From an uncultured Solirubrobacterales bacterium (GTDB lineage Bacteria > Actinomycetota > Thermoleophilia > Solirubrobacterales > 70-9): a stretch of 64,000 bases of DNA. The stretch's first letter is position 1. Every line of letters starts with the position of its first letter. Below the pieces are notes generated by a model, which saw nothing but the letters and a program-made list of their open reading frames with translations, was not told the DNA's origin and did no database searches. Positions 46,642 to 54,996 of this stretch are shown piece by piece. Where the stretch lies: NCBI GenBank assembly GCA_963802935.1, contig CAWDKO010000009.1, positions 45,297 to 109,296 on the forward strand, in the 5' to 3' direction. Position numbers and translations under genes: made by a program.

Positions 46642-46767
46642 GAGGGGCGGAGGGCTGGTGGGGTCTCCGAACGTTTTGTGCCGCTGGCCGAGTAGGGACG
46701 TCGGACGGCTCGTCCGCGATACAGCCAGTCAGGCAAGTGAGGAGACCCCACCAGCCCTCCGCCCCTC
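46642..46767 (+). repeat. structured intergenic repeat, copy A (27-bp closing helix around a conserved core)
   Basis: Arms 46642-46668 / 46741-46767 are perfectly complementary; cores GAACGTTTTGTGCCGCTGGCCG and CAGCCAGTCAGGCAAGTGA. Confidence 0.85.
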
Positions 46768-47824
46768 AGCGGCTCAGGTCGACGTCGGCGGTCAGCCGCG
46801 TGGCGAATGCCGCGAGCAGTTCGACCGCCGCCTCGACGTCGCGCAGGTCGACCATCTCCACCGGCGAGTGCATGTAGCGGAGTGGGATCGAGACGAGACC
46901 GGTCGGGATGCCCGAGCGGGAGATCTGCAGCACGTCGGCGTCGGTACTGGTGCCGCGGCCGCTGGCGCTGATCGAGTGCTCGATCCCCTCGGCCTCTGCA
47001 GTCTCAACCAGCAGCTCGAAGACCTTGGGGGAGAGGGTGGAGCCGCGACCGATCGCCGGCCCGGAGCCAAGTGGGTGGGTGCCGATCTCCTTCTCGTCGA
47101 CCCCGGGCGCGTCGGTTGCGTGGGTGACGTCGACGGCGATCGCGATATCTGGACGGATCTCGAAGGCGGCGGTGCGGGCCCCGAAGAGGCCGATCTCCTC
47201 CTGTACGGCGGCAACAGCGGCGAAGGATCCTTCGAGGTCCCCGCCCTGGTGGGCACGCCGCAGGCTCTCCAGGGCCACGTAGGCGCCGAGGCGGTTGTCC
47301 ATCGCCCGGGAGACGAGGCGATCGCCGACGAGGGGCACCGGCTCGGCAGCGATCACGACGGGGTCTCCGACCCGGATCAGCTCCGCCGCCTCGCCGCGGT
47401 CGCCGGCCCCGATGTCGATATGCAGGCCCTTCAGCTCGACGACCTTCTTACGCTGGTCGGGCTCGAGCAGATGGATCGGCTTGCGGCCGACCACGCCTGG
47501 CACCAGCCCCTCTTTGCCGCGGATCTCTACCCGCTGACCGACCAGGATCTGGGGGTCCCAGCCGCCGACCGGCGCAAACCAGAGGAACCCCTTCTCGTCG
47601 ATATGGGTGACGACCAACCCGATCTCGTCGATGTGTCCGACCACCGCCAGCAGCGGGGCGCCGTCGCCGACGCGGGCTATGGAGGAGCCGATGCCGTCGC
47701 TGCTGACCTCGGCAAAGGAGGCGGCGTCGCGCCAGATCGTCGCCGCGGGGCCCTCGTACCCAGAGGGCGCGCCGGCGCGCAGAAGTTCGTCGAGCAATGG
47801 AGGTGTCTGGCTCAAGGTTCGCAA
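46766..47824 (-). CDS. M42-family aminopeptidase (FrvX/cellulase-like)
   Basis: GHIDEIGLVVTHIDEKGFL, AMDNRLG, EEIGLFGA motifs. Confidence 0.85.
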   Translation of the reverse strand: MRTLSQTPPLLDELLRAGAPSGYEGPAATIWRDAASFAEVSSDGIGSSIARVGDGAPLLAVVGHIDEIGLVVTHIDEKGFLWFAPVGGWDPQILVGQRVEIRGKEGLVPGVVGRKPIHLLEPDQRKKVVELKGLHIDIGAGDRGEAAELIRVGDPVVIAAEPVPLVGDRLVSRAMDNRLGAYVALESLRRAHQGGDLEGSFAAVAAVQEEIGLFGARTAAFEIRPDIAIAVDVTHATDAPGVDEKEIGTHPLGSGPAIGRGSTLSPKVFELLVETAEAEGIEHSISASGRGTSTDADVLQISRSGIPTGLVSIPLRYMHSPVEMVDLRDVEAAVELLAAFATRLTADVDLSR

Positions 47825-47844
47825 GTATTACGAAGCGGTCGCCC

Positions 47845-49041
47845 TCAGTGAGCCGCGGCGGCCGCTTCGTGCCGCAGTTCCTCCCGGCCCGGCCCGTAGC
47901 CGCGGTGCTCGTAGGCGATCAGCGCCCAGATCAGGACGACGACGATCGCAACGCTGATCCAGGCCGGCATCGCGGTCGCGACCGGAACCAGGATCAGCAG
48001 GACGATCGCCAGACCCAGCCGCCGTCGGTTGATCGTGTGGACGTGGCGGTAGCGAAAGGCGACCAGGCCCAGTAGGTAGGCGGCGGTTCCGCCGAAGAGG
48101 GCGAAGGCGGGGACGCTGTGGAGGTGTTCGTCGTGGTGGCCGATCGCGACCTTGAGGCCGAGGGCGACGAGGACGATTCCCGCGACCAAGGCGAGATGGA
48201 TGTAGGAGTAGGAGTCGCGGGCGAGCTCGTTCTGGACTTTGCCGGGCTCGGCTTCACTGAGGCGGCGGGCAGAGATCAGGGCAACCACGTCAAAGTAAAA
48301 CCACCACTGCGCCGCTGCCAGAGCGACGCCGAGTACCGCGACGACGCCGATGCCAAGGTCGAGGGCGCCGGAGGCGCCGATCCCGATCGCGACGATTGAC
48401 TCGCCGAGGGCGATGATCACGATCAGGCCGTGACGCTCGGCAAAGTGTCCGGGAACGAGACGCCAGCCCTCGCTGCCGAAGAAGTAGGGGCCGGCCATGT
48501 CGAGGAAGAGGGCGAGCGCCCAGAGTGCGCCCTGGGCGAGCCCGTCGAAGAGCGAAGCGGTGGCGAGCAGGCCGACGGCGACCGCGGTGCTGACCGCCAG
48601 CCCCAGCACCGAGTGGCGGAGGGCGTCGTCGTCGGGGCTGGCGAGCATGAAGAGAGCTATGTGGGAGACGCGGAAGGCGCCGTAGGCGAGGGCGAAGACG
48701 AGGCCGAGCCCGTCGAAGGCCTCGGGCACGCAGAGCGCCACGATCAGCAGCGCCGCCATCGCCGCGAAGATCACCAGCCGTACCGCGCCCTCCTCGGGGT
48801 CGATGACGCTGGTCAGCCACGCGTATCCGACCCAGGCCCACCAGAGCACGCCCAGCACCAGCAGCCCCTGCGCGAGGCCGGACCAGGTCGGGTGGTCGGC
48901 CATCAGCGCCGTGCACTGGGTCAGCGCGAGGACGAAGACGAGGTCGAAGAACAGCTCCAGCGGCGTCACCCGCTCGCCCTCGCGCCGGGTCGCGGCGAGG
49001 CGGGGGCTGCGCGGCTGAGAGGCGGCGGGCACGGCGCCCAT
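47845..49041 (-). CDS. LtrA-family (low temperature requirement A) membrane protein
   Basis: RVTPLELFFDLVFVLALTQ N-terminal signature, about 10 TM segments. Confidence 0.75.
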   Translation of the reverse strand: MGAVPAASQPRSPRLAATRREGERVTPLELFFDLVFVLALTQCTALMADHPTWSGLAQGLLVLGVLWWAWVGYAWLTSVIDPEEGAVRLVIFAAMAALLIVALCVPEAFDGLGLVFALAYGAFRVSHIALFMLASPDDDALRHSVLGLAVSTAVAVGLLATASLFDGLAQGALWALALFLDMAGPYFFGSEGWRLVPGHFAERHGLIVIIALGESIVAIGIGASGALDLGIGVVAVLGVALAAAQWWFYFDVVALISARRLSEAEPGKVQNELARDSYSYIHLALVAGIVLVALGLKVAIGHHDEHLHSVPAFALFGGTAAYLLGLVAFRYRHVHTINRRRLGLAIVLLILVPVATAMPAWISVAIVVVLIWALIAYEHRGYGPGREELRHEAAAAAH

Positions 49042-49085
49042 CCTTGCAACTCGCCCGCGCGGCGCGGTCGAATACGGTTCACCCG

Positions 49086-49895
49086 ATGAGCGTGGCCGTA
49101 GTCACGGGGGCATCGACCGGGATCGGCGCGGCGACGGCGATCCGGCTCGCGCGCGAGCCCGGCATGGAGCTCGTCCTCGTCGCCCGCCGCGAGGAGCTTC
49201 TGCACGACCTCGCCGCCTCGCTCCCTTGCAAAGCGACCTACCTGGCGGTCGATCTCACCGACGAGAGCGCGCCCGAGCACGTGCGCGCCCACGTCGAAGC
49301 CAACCACGACGGCCTCGACCTTCTCGTCAACAACGCCGGCGCCTCCTGGCGCGGCGGCTTCGCCGAGAGCGGCTACGCCAACGTCCAGCGCCACATGGAG
49401 CTCAATTTCGACGCCGTGGTTCGCCTCACGGAGGCTTTGCTGCCGTTGCTGCGGGGCTCGGCTCCGAGCGCGATCGTCAACGTCGCCAGCACCGCTGGGC
49501 GCGTCGCCCGCGCCCGCACCGGGGCCTACTCGGCCAGCAAGTTCGCGCTGATCGGGTGGACCGACGCGCTGTATGCCGAGGAGCTCGCGCACGGCGTCCA
49601 CGTCGGCATGGTGCTGCCCGGCTTCGTCGCCACCGAGGGCTTCCCGGCCACCGAGCTGCGGGAGAAAGCGCTCACCCGCTGGATCGTCTCGAAGCCCGAG
49701 AAGGTCGCCGAGGCGATTTACGAAGTCGGCCCGGGTGGCAAGGCCGAGCGCTACGTGCCGCGGCCATACGCGTTGGCTGCGGTCGCGCGGATCCTGCTTC
49801 CCCGCCTCACGCGCCGCGTCCTCTCTGGCGGCGCTGCCGCGGACCTGACCACCAGCACCGGGGGCGAAGGCCCCGGTGCCGCAGCTTCTCCCTGA
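49086..49895 (+). CDS. SDR-family oxidoreductase
   Basis: VVTGASTGIGAA, NNAG, YSASK motifs. Confidence 0.85.
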   Translation: MSVAVVTGASTGIGAATAIRLAREPGMELVLVARREELLHDLAASLPCKATYLAVDLTDESAPEHVRAHVEANHDGLDLLVNNAGASWRGGFAESGYANVQRHMELNFDAVVRLTEALLPLLRGSAPSAIVNVASTAGRVARARTGAYSASKFALIGWTDALYAEELAHGVHVGMVLPGFVATEGFPATELREKALTRWIVSKPEKVAEAIYEVGPGGKAERYVPRPYALAAVARILLPRLTRRVLSGGAAADLTTSTGGEGPGAAASP

Positions 49896-49949
49896 TGGCC
49901 CCCTGGGCGCTACGCTGTTTTCGGTAGTGCTACCGGGAGACAGGCGGCG

Positions 49950-51716
49950 ATGAGCGGGATCGCGATAGCAGCTGTGGCAATCGCCTTCGTGGCTCTGCTG
50001 GCCCTGGCCGGCTTCTTCAGGGCGCGCGAGCAGAAGGCGAGCCGGCGTGTCCAACTCCTCGGTGAGATCGCCCGCGTCGCCGACGGTGGGCGCTCGCTGC
50101 CAGAGACCCTGGAGGCGATCACGGCGATCGTCGTCCCGGAGCTGGGGGACTTCTGCATGATCGACGTGATCGAGGACGACCGGGTGCACCGCGCCGCCGT
50201 GGCCGTGGTCGGCCCCGGAGCGGGGGATCTCGAAACAGGCCTGGCCTCGCGCCCGCCGCTGCTGCAGGAGGCGATGGCGGACGCTGCCTCGACGGGTCGG
50301 CTCGAGCCCCGCCTGTTCGAGTACCTCGCGGACACCGACCTGCGCAGCTTCGCGGCCGACGAGGAGGACTTCGAGTTCCTGCGCAGCGTCGGCGGCCGCT
50401 CCGCGGTCGTGGTCGAGCTGCGGGCACGGGGCAGGCCGACGGGGATGTTGACGATCGGGATCCGTCAATCGCGTCCCCGCTTCCACCAGGACGATGCCGA
50501 TTTCGCCGGCGTCCTCGGGGGCCGGGTCGCCCTCGCACTCGACAACGCCGGCCTCTTCTCCGACCTCGAGCGCAGCGAGCGCGAACGGGCCGAGATCGCA
50601 GAGACGCTCCAGCGCGGCCTGCTGCCACCGCCGCTGCCGCACATCCCGGGCTGGGAGGTCGCGGCGATGTACCGGCCGGCCGGGGCCGAGAACGAGATCG
50701 GCGGCGACTTCTACGACGCCTTCCAGATTGCCGATGGCTGGATGGTCGTGATCGGCGACGTCACCGGCAGAGGGGCAAAGGCGGCCTCCGTCACCGCCCA
50801 CGCCCGCTACACCCTTCGCGCCGCGGCCGCGCTCACCGGGGACCCTGTGGTGGCGCTGGAAACCCTCAACAGCGAGCTGCTGGCGCGCCACGGCGCGACC
50901 CTCTGCAGCGTTGCCGCGATGGCGATCGACGAAGATGCATCGCGGCCGGTGCGCCTCGCGGTCGCCGGCCACCCGGCGCCCCTGCTGGTCGACGACGCTG
51001 GGGTGGTCGAGGTGACGGCCTCGGCGCCGGTGCTCGGCGCCTTTCCCGACGTCACCTGGGGGGTCGAACACACCGAGGTGCGTCCGGGGCAGCAGCTCGT
51101 CGTCGTCACCGACGGGGTCACCGACGCGCAGGGCCCCGAGGGGCGCTTCGGCGAGAGCCGGCTCCACGCCGAGATCACGGGACTCAGCAGCCCGGCGATC
51201 ACCACCCAGAAACTGGAGGGCGCGCTGCTCGAGTTCACCGCCGGGAACCTCAACGACGACGCCGCGATCATTGCCGTCGGGCCGGCTTCGGGGGCCGAGG
51301 AGCCGGCTCGGGAGATGGACCGGGCGCTGGTCGAGCGACTCTTCGAAGCCTTCAATCGCCGCGATGCGAGTGAGATCGCGGTCGTCTGTGACGAGGAGAT
51401 GGACTTCTTCCCGGTCGGCACCGCCGAGGCTGTGGGTCGCACCGCGCCCTATATCGGGCCGGCGGGGCTGCGCGAGTACCTCGACGACGTCGAAAAGGTC
51501 TGGGAAGAGCTGCGGATCTCCCCGAAGCTGGTCGAGCGCCGCGGCGACTCGCTGCTCGTCCGCGGCCGGGTCTATGCCCGCAGCCGCGAACTGGGGATCC
51601 GCGACATGCCGATCGCCTGGATCTGGGACGTCTCCGAAGGCCGCTTCGTCCGCGGCGAGGTCTTCATCGATCCCGAGCGGGCGGTGCTCCGGCTCGCGGC
51701 CTCCTCCGATCTCTAG
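49950..51716 (+). CDS. GAF-domain PP2C/SpoIIE-type phosphatase with C-terminal SnoaL/NTF2-like domain
   Basis: N-terminal TM, GAF-like region, GGDFYDAF...VIGDVTGRGAKAA...VTDGVTDA (SpoIIE), C-terminal LVERLFEAFNRRD. Confidence 0.8.
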   Translation: MSGIAIAAVAIAFVALLALAGFFRAREQKASRRVQLLGEIARVADGGRSLPETLEAITAIVVPELGDFCMIDVIEDDRVHRAAVAVVGPGAGDLETGLASRPPLLQEAMADAASTGRLEPRLFEYLADTDLRSFAADEEDFEFLRSVGGRSAVVVELRARGRPTGMLTIGIRQSRPRFHQDDADFAGVLGGRVALALDNAGLFSDLERSERERAEIAETLQRGLLPPPLPHIPGWEVAAMYRPAGAENEIGGDFYDAFQIADGWMVVIGDVTGRGAKAASVTAHARYTLRAAAALTGDPVVALETLNSELLARHGATLCSVAAMAIDEDASRPVRLAVAGHPAPLLVDDAGVVEVTASAPVLGAFPDVTWGVEHTEVRPGQQLVVVTDGVTDAQGPEGRFGESRLHAEITGLSSPAITTQKLEGALLEFTAGNLNDDAAIIAVGPASGAEEPAREMDRALVERLFEAFNRRDASEIAVVCDEEMDFFPVGTAEAVGRTAPYIGPAGLREYLDDVEKVWEELRISPKLVERRGDSLLVRGRVYARSRELGIRDMPIAWIWDVSEGRFVRGEVFIDPERAVLRLAASSDL

Positions 51717-52567
51717 AGGTGCCGGCGCAGGAAGGCCAGCTCGTCGGCGACCACGGCCTCGAACTCCGGGCCGTCGTAGATGTCGAAATGATCGACGCCG
51801 GGATAGGTGCGCAGCTCGCCGAGCGGGGCGCGGCGGGCGGCGGCGATCGCCGGCCCGGGCTTGGCGACCCGGTCGGCCTCGCCGACGCAGAGCAGCCAGG
51901 GGCAGTGGAGCCCGGCGGCGAGGCCGCTGGGGCGAAAGGGACGGCCGAGCAGCCAGCGCGATGAGACCCGGTTGCGCCAGCGCGAGTCCTCGCCGCCCGC
52001 GACCACGTGACGCCAGCCGGACTCCCCACCGGGCGCATTGATGAACGCCGCCTCGTCGGGGCCGCCCACCGCCGGCAGGTGCCTGCCCCGGACTGCCGCA
52101 GTCAGCATCCGTGCCGTAACCAGAGGTGAGGAGCGGTGCGCCTGGCGCACCATGTCGAGGAAGGGCACTTGGCTGATCGCCGCCGCCACGCCCGGGTCGC
52201 CGGCCGCAGCCGCGAGCGCGTTGCCGCCGCCCATCGAGGAGCCGAACGTCGCTACTCGTTTGGTGTCGATGCCCGGCAGCGAGCGAGCGAAGGCGATCGC
52301 CACCCGCCAGTCGTCGAGCTGGCGCCGCGGATCGAACAGGTCCTTCTCGCCACCGCTGTCGCCGAAGCCGCGATGATCGAAGACCATGGCCGCGATTCCG
52401 GCCGCCGCGAAGCGCTCCGCGAACGGACCCAGCCCGTCGCGCCGCGTCCCCGACAGCCCGTGCGCCATGACCACGATCGGGCTCGCGGTCCCGCCTCCGC
52501 TCGCCGGGTAGAGCCAGGCGGCACAGGCGTCCCCGCCCGAGTCGAACTCGAGGTCGATGCGATCCAT
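51713..52567 (-). CDS. alpha/beta-fold hydrolase
   Basis: HGLSG, nucleophile elbow FGSSMGG, C-terminal GVDHFD. Confidence 0.75.
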   Translation of the reverse strand: MDRIDLEFDSGGDACAAWLYPASGGGTASPIVVMAHGLSGTRRDGLGPFAERFAAAGIAAMVFDHRGFGDSGGEKDLFDPRRQLDDWRVAIAFARSLPGIDTKRVATFGSSMGGGNALAAAAGDPGVAAAISQVPFLDMVRQAHRSSPLVTARMLTAAVRGRHLPAVGGPDEAAFINAPGGESGWRHVVAGGEDSRWRNRVSSRWLLGRPFRPSGLAAGLHCPWLLCVGEADRVAKPGPAIAAARRAPLGELRTYPGVDHFDIYDGPEFEAVVADELAFLRRHL

Positions 52568-52640
52568 GCCCTACCAACGTCGCAGATGCTCGCAACGTGA
52601 GATCCGCGCTCGCACTCAAGGGGGTCTAGGATTCGCCGCC

Positions 52641-53201
52641 GTGATCAGCACCAACCAGTTCAAAAACGGCACCCATATCGAGATCGACGGGAAGATCTGG
52701 AAGATCATCGAGTTCCAGCACGTCAAGCCGGGCAAGGGCGGCGCCTTCGTGCGGACCAAACTGCGGCGGATCGAGGACGGCTCGGTGATCGACAAAACCT
52801 TCCGGGCGGGGGAGAAGTTCCGGCCGGTGAGGACCGAATCGAAGAAGATGCAGTACCTCTACGACTCCGGCGAGGCGGCGGTTTTCATGGACAGTCGCGA
52901 CTACGAGCAGATCGAAATCCCCAGCGACGTGCTCGGCGACTCGATGCAGTGGGTGCTGCCCAACGCCGAGGTCGAGATCCTCTTCGTCGACGAGCAGCCA
53001 TCCGACCTGCAGCTCCCGAGCGCGATCGACATGAGGGTGACCCAGACCGACCCCGGCGTCAAAGGCGACACCGCCTCCGGCGGTGGCAACAAGCCGGCGA
53101 CGCTGGAGTCCGGCGTTGTGGTGCAGGTGCCGCTCTTCATCGAGGAGGGCGAATCCGTGAGGGTCGACACGCGCAGCGGCGAGTACGTCTCCCGCGCCTG
53201 A
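52641..53201 (+). CDS. efp: elongation factor P
   Basis: ISTNQFKNGTHIEIDGKIWKIIEFQHVKPGKGGAFVRTKLR...; GTG 52641. Confidence 0.92.
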   Translation: MISTNQFKNGTHIEIDGKIWKIIEFQHVKPGKGGAFVRTKLRRIEDGSVIDKTFRAGEKFRPVRTESKKMQYLYDSGEAAVFMDSRDYEQIEIPSDVLGDSMQWVLPNAEVEILFVDEQPSDLQLPSAIDMRVTQTDPGVKGDTASGGGNKPATLESGVVVQVPLFIEEGESVRVDTRSGEYVSRA

Positions 53202-53235
53202 GAAGGATCAGCGAAACTCGCCGAGCGGGGCAGAA

Positions 53236-53348
53236 GCGGGGGCCGGTGGGGCCTCCTCACTTGCCTGACTGGCTGCATCGCCGCAGGCCATCCGACGTCC
53301 CTGTGCGGCCAGCGGCACAAAACGTTCGGAGGCCCCACCGGCCCCCGC
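53236..53348 (-). repeat. structured intergenic repeat, copy B (inverted orientation, 21-bp closing helix)
   Basis: Arms 53236-53256 / 53328-53348 are perfectly complementary; the reverse complement contains the same two conserved cores. Confidence 0.85.
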
Positions 53349-53405
53349 CTCTGGGAAGCTGAGCAGAAGACGGCAGCCGTGATTCGAAGCGCCTATGGGC
53401 TCGGC

Positions 53406-53523
53406 GGGTGGATGTCGGCTGCCCCTCTGAACGTTTTGTGCCGCTGGCCGAGAGCTCCTTTTCGGACGAGCGGCGGCAATACAGCCAGGCAGGCAAGTGA
53501 AGAGGGGCAGCCGACATCCACCC
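53406..53523 (+). repeat. structured intergenic repeat, copy C (22-bp closing helix)
   Basis: Arms 53406-53427 / 53502-53523 are perfectly complementary; cores GAACGTTTTGTGCCGCTGGCCG and CAGCCAGGCAGGCAAGTGA. Confidence 0.85.
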
Positions 53524-53573
53524 GACGCGAGCTCCTCGCTAGGCCCGTCCACCAAAACCGGGAGAATGGGCCG

Positions 53574-53948
53574 ATGCGCCGCTCCGACCAACGCCGCGAC
53601 GCCGTTTTCGCCAGCTACCAGCGCGACGTCACCGGGCGCCCGCTGGCGGAGCTGATCGCCGACGCGCGACCGCTGACCCGGGAGCTGGCGGAGGGCGTCG
53701 ACGAGGAGCGCGAAGAGCTCGACCAGACGATCGCCGAATACGCCAAGGGCTGGACGGTCGACCGGATCGCGCCGCTGGACCTGAACGTGATGCGGGTGGC
53801 GCTGTACGAGATCGAGCACGGGGTCCCGCACGAGGTCGCGATCGACGAGGCAGTCGAGATCGCGAAGGAGTACTGCGGGGCCGATGCGCCCAAGTTCATC
53901 AACGGCATCCTCGGCGCGATCGTGCGCGAGCGGGAGCCGGCGCAATGA
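53574..53948 (+). CDS. nusB: transcription antitermination factor NusB
   Basis: RRDAVFASYQ...LDLNVMRVALYEI...VAIDEAVEIAKEYCG...FINGILG. Confidence 0.88.
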   Translation: MRRSDQRRDAVFASYQRDVTGRPLAELIADARPLTRELAEGVDEEREELDQTIAEYAKGWTVDRIAPLDLNVMRVALYEIEHGVPHEVAIDEAVEIAKEYCGADAPKFINGILGAIVREREPAQ

Positions 53949-54118
53949 GCCGGTTGCGCGAGATCGCCGAACGGCTGGGCCGGATCTCGGCCGAACTGGA
54001 GAGCGAGGAGACGGGCGACGAGCGGGCGGCCCAGCTGGCGACCGAGGCCGCCGACCTCTCGGCCGAGGCAGTCGAGGAGGCGAACCGCCAGGCGCGTGAG
54101 GGGGCGGGCGCCGAGTGA
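53945..54118 (+). CDS. small helical acidic protein (57 aa), possibly XseB-like
   Basis: ATGA overlap with the nusB stop and TGA overlapping the ispA start; sits where xseB lies in nusB-xseAB-ispA-dxs clusters, but no xseA is present; below the track length cutoff. Confidence 0.3.
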   Translation: MSRLREIAERLGRISAELESEETGDERAAQLATEAADLSAEAVEEANRQAREGAGAE

Positions 54119-54996
54119 GCGGCGCCCCTGCGTCGACCTACCCCGAGGATCTGCGCTCGCTCGTCGAGGCGGAGCTCGACCGGCTCGGGTTCTCCGCTGC
54201 TGCCCCCACCGCGGGCCTGGAGGAGGCGATGCGCTACTCGCTGCTGGCCGGCGGCAAGCGCGTCCGCCCGGTGCTGGCGCTCGCCACCGCGCGCGCCCTC
54301 GGAACCAACCCGGAGCGCTTCCTGCCGGTCGCCTGCGCGATCGAGCTGATCCACACCTACTCCCTGATCCACGACGACCTGCCGGCGATGGACGACGACG
54401 AGCTGCGCCGCGGCCTGCCGACCTCGCACGTCAAGTTCGGCGAGGACGTGGCGATCCTCGCCGGCGACGGCCTCTTCGCCGAGGCGGTTCGTCTCTTCTG
54501 CGAGCAGCCCGGCGACCCGGCGCGGGTGCTGGCGGCGATGCGCGAGCTGGCGGCCGCCACGGGTGCGCAGGGCATGGTCGGGGGCCAGTACGTCGACGTC
54601 GTCGGGGCCGAGGACGACGCTGCTGGGCTGCGGGCCCTGCATGCGCTGAAGACGGGCCGATTGATCGCCGCGAGCGTCGGCGTCGTACTCGTACTTGAGG
54701 GTCTGGGCGAAAGTGAGACAATGCCCTATCGCCGTTTTGCCGACGAGCTGGGCGTCCTTTTCCAGATCGTCGACGACATCCTCGACGTGACCGAGAGCGA
54801 CGAGCAGCTCGGCAAGCCACATGGAAGCGACGAGCGACATGGCAAACTCACCTACGTCAGCCTCTTCGGGCTCGAGCGAGCTTGCGAGCTGGCCGCCGAG
54901 TCCCACGCCCAGGCGGCAGCGGCGCTGTCCGAGGCGGCCGGAGATACGAACGACCTGAGACGCGTGGCCGACTACATCTTCACGAGGAACGAATGA
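54115..54996 (+). CDS. ispA: polyprenyl (farnesyl/geranylgeranyl) diphosphate synthase
   Basis: FARM LIHDDLPAMDDDELRRG and SARM FQIVDDILD. Confidence 0.88.
   Translation: MSGAPASTYPEDLRSLVEAELDRLGFSAAAPTAGLEEAMRYSLLAGGKRVRPVLALATARALGTNPERFLPVACAIELIHTYSLIHDDLPAMDDDELRRGLPTSHVKFGEDVAILAGDGLFAEAVRLFCEQPGDPARVLAAMRELAAATGAQGMVGGQYVDVVGAEDDAAGLRALHALKTGRLIAASVGVVLVLEGLGESETMPYRRFADELGVLFQIVDDILDVTESDEQLGKPHGSDERHGKLTYVSLFGLERACELAAESHAQAAAALSEAAGDTNDLRRVADYIFTRNE

Noticed and set aside
46669-46690. LexA/SOS-box reading of the repeat core GAACGTTTTGTGCC
   Set aside because: The second half-site is TGTG, not GTTC, so it does not fit GAAC-N4-GTTC.
48966-52619. 1,217-aa minus-strand ORF spanning the SDR, GAF-PP2C and hydrolase genes
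   Set aside because: Its Arg/Gly/Pro/Ala-rich translation has no motifs and lies antisense to three ORFs that have clear family signatures. This is a typical high-GC shadow ORF.
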